Positions 19,312 to 28,515 of a DNA stretch of 64,000 nucleotides are shown here, one piece after another. The stretch comes from Candidatus Latescibacterota bacterium (GTDB taxonomy: Bacteria > Latescibacterota > UBA2968 > UBA8231): positions 1-64,000 of the forward strand of contig CBDCSU010000005.1 of the NCBI GenBank assembly GCA_965221775.1, written 5' to 3'. Made by a program: the position numbers and the translations under genes. The number at the start of each line of letters is the position of its first letter. Within the stretch, counting starts at the first letter, position 1. The notes below the pieces were generated by a model that saw only the letters and a list, made by a program, of their open reading frames with translations, searched no databases and had not been told where the DNA came from.

Positions 19312-20592
19312 TCAGCGTTCGGCCGGCAGGTCCAGCCGTTTCAGCGCCGGCCGGACGATGAACGCGACGGCGAAGGCCGCCAGTGCGGCTTGCAGCGCCA
19401 TCTGAAAACCGAGATTCATCCCCGCCGGATCGACCAGGGCCACGGCGAGCGCGCCGAGCGCCGCGCCGGAGACAAACTGGATGATGCCGATGAGCGACGA
19501 AACCGAGCCGGCGATGGTCGGAAAGGGGGCGAGGACGCCGGCATAGAGGCTGGGCGAAGACAGGCCGAGACCGAGCACGACGCCGAACAGCGGGCCGACA
19601 TAGGCGCCGAATCCGTCCGCGCCGGCGGAAACCGCCGCGATCATCGCCGCGACCGACACGATGATGATCGCCGCGCCGGACAAGAGGAGGGGGACGGGGC
19701 CGAGCCGCGCCGAAAGCCGCCCCGAAAGGAAGGCGCCGGCAATCTGGCCGACCATCAGCGCGGCGAAGGAAAAGCCGATATCCTCCGGCGACGCGGCCAG
19801 GCGCGCCACCAGAACGAAGGGCAGCGCCGACAGCATGGCGAACAGTGTGCCGTAGAGCCCGATGGTGACCAGCGCATAGCCCAGGAACAGCCGGTGCCGG
19901 CCGAGCATGGCGAAGTTCCGCAGGATCGGCCCCGCCCGCGTGGCGTCGGGGTTGAGCCGCGTGTTGGTCTCGTCGAGGAACAGGAAGATGACCAGCCACA
20001 TGGCCGCGCCGATGCCGAGCAGCCAGACGAACACGCCCTGCCACCCCTCGGCGCCGACGATCAGGCCGCCGAGCAGGGGCGCCAGGATCGGCCCGATACC
20101 GAAGATCAGCATCACCCACGACATCGGCCCGGTCGCGCGCGTGCCGTAGATGTCGCGGATGCAGGCCCGGCCGATCGCCATGGACGCCGCGGCGCCCACG
20201 CCCTGGCAGAACCGGCCGAGCAGCAGCATGTCGATCGAACCGGCGGCGGCGCACAGCGCCGAGGCGGCGACGAAAATCGCCAGCGAGGACACGAGCACCG
20301 GCCGCCGGCCGAACCGGTCCGACAGCGGCCCGTAGACCAGCTGCGCGCCGGCATAGCCGATCAGGAAGGCCGAGATGGTGAACTGGGCCTCCGTCGGGCT
20401 CACCTGCAGCGCGCGCGCCATATCCGGCAGGGCCGGCAGCGTCATGTCGACGGCGAGCGCGGTGATCGCGGCCGTCGTGCCGAGGATCGCGGTGACGATC
20501 CACGAGGTCGGCGCCGGCCGTTTCACGGGGTGCGCTGCCGGCGAATTGCGGGGCTGGCGGAGGGTTGCGGCATGAAATCCTGTCCGGCGCAT
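19312..20592 (-). CDS. Bcr/CflA-family MFS efflux transporter (start may be GTG 20526)
   Basis: DMTLPALP, QLVYGPLSDRFGRRPV, GPILAPLLGG, ET motif. Confidence 0.9.
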   Translation of the reverse strand: MRRTGFHAATLRQPRNSPAAHPVKRPAPTSWIVTAILGTTAAITALAVDMTLPALPDMARALQVSPTEAQFTISAFLIGYAGAQLVYGPLSDRFGRRPVLVSSLAIFVAASALCAAAGSIDMLLLGRFCQGVGAAASMAIGRACIRDIYGTRATGPMSWVMLIFGIGPILAPLLGGLIVGAEGWQGVFVWLLGIGAAMWLVIFLFLDETNTRLNPDATRAGPILRNFAMLGRHRLFLGYALVTIGLYGTLFAMLSALPFVLVARLAASPEDIGFSFAALMVGQIAGAFLSGRLSARLGPVPLLLSGAAIIIVSVAAMIAAVSAGADGFGAYVGPLFGVVLGLGLSSPSLYAGVLAPFPTIAGSVSSLIGIIQFVSGAALGALAVALVDPAGMNLGFQMALQAALAAFAVAFIVRPALKRLDLPAER

Positions 20593-20676
20593 CGGGGCCT
20601 TGGCCGGCGAGGCACGGTGAGGGTGTCGTTGGGTGGCTAAAGCGAATACGCCTTAGCTGGAAACATGGTGGCGTGG

Positions 20677-20807
20677 CGTCCCTCGATACGGCGCTGGCGC
20701 GCCTACTCGGGATGAGGAGGTAGTATTCGAAATACACCCTTGCCCTCACCCTGAGTAGCCGCGAAGCGGCGTATCGAAGGGCCTGCCCTGAGCTTGTCGA
20801 AGGGGCG
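20677..20807. repeat. REP/BIME-like composite palindrome, family A copy 2, plus an extra half-unit (CCTGAGCTTGTCGAAGGG)
   Basis: Arms nearly identical to 17017-17123; spacer differs. Confidence 0.92.
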
Positions 20808-20898
20808 TCCTCACCTGTGTCGGCAGTTCCGATAAAGTCGGACAGGCTCTAGTCTATTCCTGCGCGGGGACCAAACCGAAACGGAAGCGTGAGGCTGC

Positions 20899-21912
20899 AT
20901 GGCCGGGTTGCGCCCGGAAGACTGGCTGAAGGCGACGGAGCGCGGCCTTTGGTGCGCGCCGGCCGACCTCTATGTCGATCCGGTCCGCGCGGTCGAGCGG
21001 GCCGTCGTGACCCACGGCCATGCCGACCATGCCCGGCCCGGCAACGGCCGCGTGCTCGCCACGCCGGAGACGCTGGCGATCATGCGGGCGCGTTACGGCG
21101 ATGCCGCCGCCCGGCAGGCGCAGCCGCTGGCCTGCGGCGAAGCGCTCGACCTGGGCGACGTCACGGTCCGGCTGGCGCCGGCCGGCCATGTCCTCGGCTC
21201 GGCCCAGGTCGTGCTGGAGCATGCCGGCCGGCGCATCGTCGTCTCGGGCGATTACAAGCGCCGGCGCGACCCGACCTGCCCGGCCTTCGAGCCGGTGGCC
21301 TGCGACGTCTTCGTGACCGAGGCGACCTTCGCCCTGCCCGTGTTCCGCCATCCGGACGACGCCGGCGAGGTCGCGTCCCTGCTCGCCTCGGTCGCGCTGT
21401 TCCCGGAGCGCGCCCACCTGGTCGGCGCCTACGGACTCGGCAAGGCCCAACGGCTGATCCGGCTGATCCGCGAGGCCGGCTGGGACCGGCCGCTGTTCCT
21501 GCACGGCGCGCTGCGGGCCCTGTGTAATCTGTACGCGGCGCACGGCATCGATCTCGGGCCGCTCGAACCGGCGGCGGGCCGGGACCGGGCCGACTTCGCC
21601 GGGGAGATCGTGCTCGCCCCGCCGGGTTCGCTGTCCGACCGCTGGTCGCGCCGCCTGCCCGACCCGGTGACGGCGATGGCCTCCGGCTGGATGCGGGTGC
21701 GCCAGCGGGCGAAGCAGCGCGGCGTGGAACTGCCGCTCATTATCTCCGACCACGCGGACTGGGACGAACTGACCGCGACGCTGGAGGAGGTCGGCGCGCC
21801 GGAGGTCTGGGTGACCCACGGCCGGGAGGAGGCGCTGGTCCACTGGGCCGCGAAACGCGGCATCCGCGCCCGCGCCCTCTCCCTGATCGGGCGCGAGGAC
21901 GAGGATGAATAG
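20899..21912 (+). CDS. Ligase-associated DNA damage response exonuclease (MBL/beta-CASP)
   Basis: THGHADHARPG, AGHVLGS, SGDYKR, TEATF, SDHADW, THG. Confidence 0.93.
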   Translation: MAGLRPEDWLKATERGLWCAPADLYVDPVRAVERAVVTHGHADHARPGNGRVLATPETLAIMRARYGDAAARQAQPLACGEALDLGDVTVRLAPAGHVLGSAQVVLEHAGRRIVVSGDYKRRRDPTCPAFEPVACDVFVTEATFALPVFRHPDDAGEVASLLASVALFPERAHLVGAYGLGKAQRLIRLIREAGWDRPLFLHGALRALCNLYAAHGIDLGPLEPAAGRDRADFAGEIVLAPPGSLSDRWSRRLPDPVTAMASGWMRVRQRAKQRGVELPLIISDHADWDELTATLEEVGAPEVWVTHGREEALVHWAAKRGIRARALSLIGREDEDE

Positions 21913-21936
21913 GGCCCGAATGAATAGGGGCCGGCG

Positions 21937-23505
21937 ATGAAGAGCTTCGCCGCCCTGCTCGACCGGCTGGTCTATACGCCGTCGCGCAACGGCAAGCTGC
22001 GCCTGCTGGCGGACTATTTCCGGCGCACGCCGGACCCGGACCGCGGCTGGGCGCTGGCGGCGCTCACCGGCAACCTGGCCTTCCCCAACGCCAAGGCCGG
22101 CGCGATCCGCGACCTCGCCCGCGAACAGACCGACGAGGTGCTGTTTGCGCTCAGCTACGACTATGTCGGCGATCTCGCCGAGACCACGGCGTTGCTGTGG
22201 CAGACGCAGGGCGAGGCCGAACCGCCGCGGCTTGCCGGGGTCGTGGAGGCGCTGCGCCGCGCCGGCAAGACGGAGGTGCGCGGCCTGGTCTCCGGCTGGC
22301 TCGACGGGCTGGACGCGAGCGGCCGCTGGGCGCTGCTCAAGCTGATCACCGGCGGCCTGCGCATCGGCGTCTCGGCCCGGCTCGCCCGGGTGGCGCTGGC
22401 CCAGGCCTTCGGCGCCGCGGTCGAAGAGATCGAGGAAGTGTGGCACGCCGTCGAGCCGCCCTACCCCGCCCTGTTCGCCTGGCTGGCCGACGGCGCCGGC
22501 AAACCGGACGTCGCCGGTCGCGCGACCTTCCGACCCTTCATGCTCGCCCATCCGCTGCAGGAGCGGGCGGACCTCGACCCGGCGGACTGGATCGTCGAAT
22601 GGAAATGGGACGGCATCCGGGTCCAGCTCGCCGCGCGCGGCGGCGAACGCCGGCTCTATTCGCGCACGGGCGACGATATCTCCGCCGCCTTCCCGGACGT
22701 GCTGGACGCGATGGGCTTCGACGGCGTGCTGGACGGCGAACTGCTGGTGCGCGACCCGGCCGACCCCGGCTCCGCCGACCCGGCCTCCTTCAACGCGCTC
22801 CAGCAGCGGCTCAACCGCAAGACCGTCTCGAAGAAGATGCTGGCCGCGCACCCGGCCTATGTCGTCGCCTACGACATCCTGTTCGACGGACCCGCGGACC
22901 TGCGGGATCTGACGCTGGCCGGGCGCCGCGGGCGGCTGGAACAATTCGTGGCGCGGCACGATCATCCGGATATCGAACTGTCCGCTCTGCTCGAAGCGCC
23001 GGACTGGGAAAGCGTCGCCGCGCTCCAGGCCGAGGCGCGCCGGCTCGGCCGCGAGGGGCTGATGCTCAAGCGGCGCGACAGCCGCTACGAGCCGGGCCGC
23101 AAGACCGGCCTGTGGTTCAAGTGGAAGCGCGATCCGCTGTGCGCCGACGCCGTGCTGATGTACGCCCAGCGCGGCCACGGCAAGCGCAGCTCCTTCTATT
23201 CCGACTACACTTTCGGCGTGTGGCGCGGCGGCGAGCTGGTGCCGGTCGGCAAGGCCTATTTCGGCTTCACCGACGAGGAGCTGGCGCAGCTCGACCGATG
23301 GGTGCGCAACAACACGGTGAACCGCTTCGGCCCGGTGCGCGAGGTCGAGAAGCGGCTGGTCTTCGAGGTCGCTTTCGACAGCATCCACGCCAGCAGCCGC
23401 CACAAGTCCGGCCTCGCCATGCGCTTCCCCCGCATCGCCCGCATCCGCTGGGACAAGCCGGCGGAGGAAGCCGACCGGATCGAGGCGCTTGAGGCGATGG
23501 TGTGA
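21937..23505 (+). CDS. ATP-dependent DNA ligase (cisplatin-damage-response type)
   Basis: EWKWDGIR (KxDG), LDGEL, EGLMLKR, WFKWK, RFPRI.RIRWDK. Confidence 0.95.
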   Translation: MKSFAALLDRLVYTPSRNGKLRLLADYFRRTPDPDRGWALAALTGNLAFPNAKAGAIRDLAREQTDEVLFALSYDYVGDLAETTALLWQTQGEAEPPRLAGVVEALRRAGKTEVRGLVSGWLDGLDASGRWALLKLITGGLRIGVSARLARVALAQAFGAAVEEIEEVWHAVEPPYPALFAWLADGAGKPDVAGRATFRPFMLAHPLQERADLDPADWIVEWKWDGIRVQLAARGGERRLYSRTGDDISAAFPDVLDAMGFDGVLDGELLVRDPADPGSADPASFNALQQRLNRKTVSKKMLAAHPAYVVAYDILFDGPADLRDLTLAGRRGRLEQFVARHDHPDIELSALLEAPDWESVAALQAEARRLGREGLMLKRRDSRYEPGRKTGLWFKWKRDPLCADAVLMYAQRGHGKRSSFYSDYTFGVWRGGELVPVGKAYFGFTDEELAQLDRWVRNNTVNRFGPVREVEKRLVFEVAFDSIHASSRHKSGLAMRFPRIARIRWDKPAEEADRIEALEAMV

Positions 23506-23635
23506 GGGAAGGAGACCCGGCTCGGTTTTTCAGATACTTTAAGGTATATACATATACAACTTTTCTGTTTAAATTTCTATAAGCACCCCTTATAATGAGT
23601 GTATAATTGTATGTTCGAGGGAAAAGGGTGCTGAA

Positions 23636-24259
23636 ATGATTGATCGGGTCGACAACGAAGTGCTGCGTGAAGCGGGCCTAACGCTGATGCGAGAAAATGG
23701 GAAACCGCTGACCAAACTCCCGAGCCGCGGTCGCTCGATGCTCTACGCTATGCAAAACAGGGAGTCCGTCCGTCTTCGGACCTGCAACGACCACATACTG
23801 ATCGTCGTCGCTGACTCGCCGGAAAGAGACGCGCGTCTGAACATTGAGGGCACAGATTGGCTTTTGCTCGTTATGCCGGAAATCGAACGTACCGCTGGCA
23901 GGATCATCGGCTACTTGGTTCCAACCGAAGTAGCAGTCGAAGCTGTTCGTACGAGTCATCAAGCGTGGCTATCTAATTCCCCAAACACTAAGGGCGAGAA
24001 TACCACTTGGAATATCTGGTTCGACGGCGAAGGCTCCGGGGGAACAAAGAAGCGCGCTTCACACGGCTACTCCGACAAGTGGGCGATGTACCGTCTTGAG
24101 GGCAAGGGATCAGCCGCGGAAGTTTCGAGTACGCGAAGCGATCAAGCAAACAAGGCGGGAAGCATCAAGGCCGAGGTCGATGCCGCGCGGCGGAGAATTG
24201 CGCGCGTGGCCGCCGTTTCGCCTGAATCTGTGAAAATTTCCATAGAATTTTCAGCATGA
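23636..24259 (+). CDS. Hypothetical protein (207 aa), lower GC than its flanks, probably horizontally acquired
   Basis: Clean ORF with many A/T-ending codons, preceded by a strongly AT-rich ~110 bp leader and a purine-rich RBS. Confidence 0.8.
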   Translation: MIDRVDNEVLREAGLTLMRENGKPLTKLPSRGRSMLYAMQNRESVRLRTCNDHILIVVADSPERDARLNIEGTDWLLLVMPEIERTAGRIIGYLVPTEVAVEAVRTSHQAWLSNSPNTKGENTTWNIWFDGEGSGGTKKRASHGYSDKWAMYRLEGKGSAAEVSSTRSDQANKAGSIKAEVDAARRRIARVAAVSPESVKISIEFSA

Positions 24260-24354
24260 CAGCCAACTATCCGCCCAAAATTCGACGAAATAAAGCCTGC
24301 CCGGTTTTGCCAATTGCCTTTCAGTTCATTCGAACTGACCGCCCGCCTGCCCCT

Positions 24355-25014
24355 TCAGATCATCTCGTCGCGGCGGTCGTCGGTTTCGCCGAAGCGTTTC
24401 ATGACGGCCGGGCGGGTGCCTTCGTAGACCTTGTCCAGCCCCGCCGCGATCTTGGCGTTCTCGCGCTCGAACAGGCTGTTGCCCTCAAGGTCGCTCTCGA
24501 CCAGGAAGGGGCCGAAATTCGCGACCTCGACGACCCAGACGGCCTGGGCGAGGCCGAGCTGTTCGCGCCAGTGCACATCTTTCACCCGCCGGATGCCGCG
24601 GCCGAGCAGGGCGCCGGTGCCGTAGCCGACGGTGGTGAGATAGACCGCGCCGTTGCGCACGAAATGGGCCCGGTAATCCTCCGGGTTCATGCCGCCCTTG
24701 CCGAGGATCAGCGTCGCGCCGGAGCGCTCCAGCCACGGGCCGATCCACTTGCTGAAGCGGAAGGAGGCGGTCGCCGTTACGGCGCCGACCCGGTAACTGC
24801 CGTCCGGCTCGACCGTGGCGGCCGGCGAGCAGTGGAAGTTCGTGCCGCTCTCCGCCGGCAGGTCGAGCGGCAGGGCTTCGCCGCCTTCGACCACCCGCTG
24901 ATAGACGCCTTCGCGGGCGGTGTAGACCGTGCCGTCGAGATAGACGACGTCGCCGAGCGACAGCGCCGCCAGCGCCGTCCGGTCGGGACTCGTGCTCAGC
25001 CGGACCTTGTTCAT
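24355..25014 (-). CDS. Fe-S hydro-lyase (fumarase/tartrate dehydratase type) beta subunit
   Basis: LSLGDVVYLDG.VYTAR, ILGKGG, LG.AQAVW..EV.NFGP...D..GNSL; ATGA overlap with the alpha subunit. Confidence 0.88.
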   Translation of the reverse strand: MNKVRLSTSPDRTALAALSLGDVVYLDGTVYTAREGVYQRVVEGGEALPLDLPAESGTNFHCSPAATVEPDGSYRVGAVTATASFRFSKWIGPWLERSGATLILGKGGMNPEDYRAHFVRNGAVYLTTVGYGTGALLGRGIRRVKDVHWREQLGLAQAVWVVEVANFGPFLVESDLEGNSLFERENAKIAAGLDKVYEGTRPAVMKRFGETDDRRDEMI

Positions 25015-25979
25015 GCCACGGCGGCCGTCACCGAAGCCGGCGGCCACTCGACGGTCTCGCGGCGCTGGTAGGGCGTGAACCATCGCGGATCGGTGCGGTA
25101 TTCGACCCGGCCGTCGCTATGGAGCCGCGCGCAGGCCCGGCGCGACGACAGGCAGAAGGCGTGCACGCTCATCTGCATGCCGCCGGTATGGCAGTAGCCG
25201 ACCTCGATATGGCAATCGACCACCATGGACTTGCCGACGAAGCCCATGGCGCCCATGCCGATGCTGTTGCCGAGGTCGATGAACTCCCGCTCCAGCGCCG
25301 CGATCCTCGGGTCCGGGTTGCGGTCGCCGACCGTGCGCAGGCAGGCCGCGCGCTTGCCCAGCACCATGCAGGCGTCCTTGGAGCCGCCCAGGCCGATGCC
25401 GACGATCGCCGGCTGGCAGGCCAGGCCGCGCTTGCCGAAGGCGACCAGCGAATCGAGATAGAAGCGCTTGATGCCCTCGATGCCGTCGGACGGGAACAGC
25501 ATCCGGTAGTCGGTGCCGAACAGGCCGCCCTTGTGGACGGTCGTGAGGTCGATCCAGTCGCCGTCCGGCTCGAAGGCGACCTCGATCTCCGGCGCGGCGA
25601 TGCCGACATTGTTGTCGTGGTCGGTGCGCCAGAGCGGATGGACGCGGTTCGGGCGCAGCGGGATGTTGTGCGTCGCGTCCGCCGTCGCCCGGCGCAGGGC
25701 CTGTTCGAGCGCGACCGGGCCGCCTTCCACCTGCGCCTCGTTGGCCAGCTTGACATACCAGCGCGGGCAGCCGGTGTCGCCGCACATGGCCCGGCCGTCC
25801 TCCTTCGCCGCGTCATAATTCTCCAGCATCGCCTGGAGCACGAAGGCGGAGAGATCGCCGTCCTCCGCCTCGGCGGCCCGGCGCAGCCCGTCGAGATAAT
25901 CGTCGGGAATCTCGATCGCCGCCTTGCTCATCAGGGTGAGCGCGGTGCGGTGGATGCTGTCGATGGAGATCATCGGCAT
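25011..25979 (-). CDS. Fe-S hydro-lyase alpha subunit, divergent
   Basis: MCGDTG, PLRPN, ACQP..VGIGLGG, N.IGMGAMG, FCLSSRR. Confidence 0.88.
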   Translation of the reverse strand: MPMISIDSIHRTALTLMSKAAIEIPDDYLDGLRRAAEAEDGDLSAFVLQAMLENYDAAKEDGRAMCGDTGCPRWYVKLANEAQVEGGPVALEQALRRATADATHNIPLRPNRVHPLWRTDHDNNVGIAAPEIEVAFEPDGDWIDLTTVHKGGLFGTDYRMLFPSDGIEGIKRFYLDSLVAFGKRGLACQPAIVGIGLGGSKDACMVLGKRAACLRTVGDRNPDPRIAALEREFIDLGNSIGMGAMGFVGKSMVVDCHIEVGYCHTGGMQMSVHAFCLSSRRACARLHSDGRVEYRTDPRWFTPYQRRETVEWPPASVTAAVA

Positions 25980-26002
25980 GTCTCCTTCAGCCCGATTCCC
26001 GG

Positions 26003-27772
26003 TCAGACCGCGGCGAGCGTGGCATGGTCTTCGCCGAGCAGCGATTCGCCCGGCTGCACGATGGAGAAATTGACCGGCTGGCGGGAAACATCAAGGCCGC
26101 CGCCGTCCCGGCGGATGACGGTGAAGCCGGCGGCGGCCGGGTCGCCCTCGTCCGGGCAATCCTCCCGGTAGTGGGCGCCGCACGAATTCTCCCGCGCCAG
26201 GGCGGCGGCCGCGACCGCCTCCGAGACCTCGACCAGGCTGCGCAGGTTCAGCCAGTCGTGCCAGGTCAGGTTGAAGACCCGGCCGGGATCGGCGAGGCCG
26301 GTTTCCAGCAACTCCCGGTGCAGATCGCCGAGCCGCCCGAGCGCACGCCCAAGGCTTTCGGCGGCGCGGATGACGCCGGCATCCTCCCACATCAGGTCCA
26401 TCAGCCGCCGGCGCAGCGCGTGGACATCGCCCGCCGGGCCTCCCGAACCGGCCCGGCCGAACGGATGCAGGGCGCGCGCGATTTCCGCCGCCAGCAGGTC
26501 TTCGTCCGGGGTGCGGAAGGGCGCGCCCGGGCCCGCCAAGTCCCTGGCCATCGTGTCGCCGGCGACGCCGCCGAACACCGTGGAGTTGGCGACCCCGTTG
26601 CCGCCCAGCCGGTTGGCGCCGTGCGCGCCGCCGGCGTCCTCCCCGGCGACGTAGAGGCCGGGCAGCTCCGTCCGCGTATCGGGGTCGCAGACCAGCCCGC
26701 CCATGAAATAATGCGCCGTCGGCACGACCTCGACCCGCCCGGCGGCGAGATCGAAGCCGCTGTCGGCGCAGCGCCGCACCATGCCGCCGAACCGGTCGCG
26801 CACCGTCTCCGGCCCCAGATGGCTCATCGCGATGTAGACGCCGCCGTTGGGCGTTGTCCGGCCCTTGCGCATCTCCTCGAAGATCGCCCGGCTGACGATG
26901 TCCCGGGTCGCGCGCTCGCCCGCCTCGTCGTGATCGAACATGAAGCGCCGGCCGTCGCCGTCCAGCAGATGGCCGCCGGCGCCGCGCAGCCCCTCCTCCA
27001 GCACCGTGCCGGTCATCCGCGTGTCCGGGCCGGCGAGCAGTCCGGTCGGGTGGAACTGCACCATTTCCATGTCGCGCAGGGGCAGGCCGCGGCGCAGGGC
27101 CATCGCCAGCCCGTCCATGCTCTTGTCGCCCGACGGCGTGTGGTAGCGGTACATGGTCGGCCCGCCGCCGGTCGCCAGCAGCACGGCGCGCGCCCGCACG
27201 AAGCGGAAGGCGCCGCTGCGCATGTCGGCGAACAGGACGCCGGCGAGCGCTTTGCCGGCGCGGTCGGGGATCAGGGCGAGCGCGCGATGTTCCTCCAGCC
27301 GGTCGACCGGGCGGGCGAGCACCTGCTCCATCAGCCGGTTGACGATCTCGATGCCGGTCAGGTCGCCCTTGTGGACCGTGCGGTCGAAGGACTGGCCGGC
27401 GAACGCCTTCTGGTGCAGCGTGCCGTCCGGGTTGCGGTCGAAGAAGCAGCCGATCTCGTTCTCGAGTTCGCGCACGCGCACCGGCGCGGTCTCGCACAGC
27501 CGCCACGCCATCGCCTGGTGCGGCAGCCACTTGCCGCCGGCGATCGTGTCCATGAAATGCCGCTCGACCGAATCGCCGGGGCCGAGCGCCACGTTGTAAC
27601 CGCCCTGGACCATGCGGGTGCAGCCGGACTTGCCGAGCAGGCCCTTGACGGCGATCGTCACCGACAGCTCCGGCGCCGCCCGGCAGGCATGCAGGGCCGC
27701 GAACAGGCCGGCCCCGCCGGCGCCGACGATCAGGATGTCGGTATTGTGCCGCTCGACATCTGCAACCGTCAT
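26003..27772 (-). CDS. Succinate dehydrogenase/fumarate reductase/NadB-family flavoprotein
   Basis: GAGGAG, QFHPT, EGLRGAGG, RDIVSR, PTAHYFMGG, HGANRLGGN, RENSCGAHYR. Confidence 0.92.
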   Translation of the reverse strand: MTVADVERHNTDILIVGAGGAGLFAALHACRAAPELSVTIAVKGLLGKSGCTRMVQGGYNVALGPGDSVERHFMDTIAGGKWLPHQAMAWRLCETAPVRVRELENEIGCFFDRNPDGTLHQKAFAGQSFDRTVHKGDLTGIEIVNRLMEQVLARPVDRLEEHRALALIPDRAGKALAGVLFADMRSGAFRFVRARAVLLATGGGPTMYRYHTPSGDKSMDGLAMALRRGLPLRDMEMVQFHPTGLLAGPDTRMTGTVLEEGLRGAGGHLLDGDGRRFMFDHDEAGERATRDIVSRAIFEEMRKGRTTPNGGVYIAMSHLGPETVRDRFGGMVRRCADSGFDLAAGRVEVVPTAHYFMGGLVCDPDTRTELPGLYVAGEDAGGAHGANRLGGNGVANSTVFGGVAGDTMARDLAGPGAPFRTPDEDLLAAEIARALHPFGRAGSGGPAGDVHALRRRLMDLMWEDAGVIRAAESLGRALGRLGDLHRELLETGLADPGRVFNLTWHDWLNLRSLVEVSEAVAAAALARENSCGAHYREDCPDEGDPAAAGFTVIRRDGGGLDVSRQPVNFSIVQPGESLLGEDHATLAAV

Positions 27773-27795
27773 GTTTCGGATGTCCCCGGCACGGT

Positions 27796-28185
27796 TCAGA
27801 CCGCGCTCAGCAGAAAGCCCACGGAGACCGCGCAGGAGAGCGCGACGGCGGCGGCGGCGAAGGTCTTCTGGCGCGGCGACCAGGGCAGGAATTCGAGGGC
27901 GAGCAGGCGCAGGCCGCCGAACAGGTGCAGGCCGAGCAGCAGGACGAGCCCGGTCTCCGCCGCCTTGACCCAGGGATTGTCCATCCAGCGCAGCGCGCCG
28001 TCCAGCGCAGCCGGATCGTTGAGCGCCAGGCCGAGCACGAGAAAGTGGGCGGGCAGGAAAAGGGCCAGCGCAAGGCCGGACAGGCGGTGGACCAGCCAGG
28101 CGATCCACAGCGGATGGCCGCGATGCGCCCCCGCACGAATCCGAGCATGACTCCGGGCCTCCGGCGCGGCCGGCGCCACGGTCAC
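27796..28185 (-). CDS. SdhC-like cytochrome b membrane anchor
   Basis: WLVHRLSG, LPAHF, LHLFGGLRLL; 3 TM segments. Confidence 0.85.
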   Translation of the reverse strand: MTVAPAAPEARSHARIRAGAHRGHPLWIAWLVHRLSGLALALFLPAHFLVLGLALNDPAALDGALRWMDNPWVKAAETGLVLLLGLHLFGGLRLLALEFLPWSPRQKTFAAAAVALSCAVSVGFLLSAV

Positions 28186-28511
28186 AGCACCACCGCTGCG
28201 ACGGCGCGCCCGCCGAGGATCAGCAGGCCGGCGAACACGGCCCAGGCGAGCAGGTCGAGCGTGCGGCCTTTCAGCTTCAGCCATTCGAAGGCGACCGTGC
28301 GCAGGCCGATCGCGGCGTGGACCGAGACCGCGGCGACGAACAGGCCGTAGAACAGGCCCCACCACAGGCTGCCCTGGGTCCGGCCGAGGATTTCCGCCGC
28401 GCTCAGCCCGTCCTGCACCGCGACGATCATGGTGGCGATATGGCCGACGATCAGCGGCGCCAGCACCATCGCGCTGATCCGTTGCAGCATGTAGAGCCGG
28501 ATGCTCGTCAC
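28182..28511 (-). CDS. SdhD-like membrane anchor
   Basis: LQRISA...GHI, VHAAIGLRTV..EW; 3 TM segments. Confidence 0.85.
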   Translation of the reverse strand: MTSIRLYMLQRISAMVLAPLIVGHIATMIVAVQDGLSAAEILGRTQGSLWWGLFYGLFVAAVSVHAAIGLRTVAFEWLKLKGRTLDLLAWAVFAGLLILGGRAVAAVVL

Positions 28512-28515
28512 GGCG

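Noticed and set aside
14392-23403. Long antisense or alternative-frame ORFs (e.g. 14392-16701, 14526-16997, 20854-23403, and similar ones across the window)
   Set aside because: Shadow ORFs of high-GC coding sequence: Arg/Pro/Gly-rich, without motifs, and overlapping well-supported genes.
26003-27772. Calling the flavoprotein nadB or sdhA
   Set aside because: The Fe-S and membrane-anchor partners argue against NadB, while the missing FAD-His and the gene order argue against housekeeping SdhA, so no symbol was assigned.
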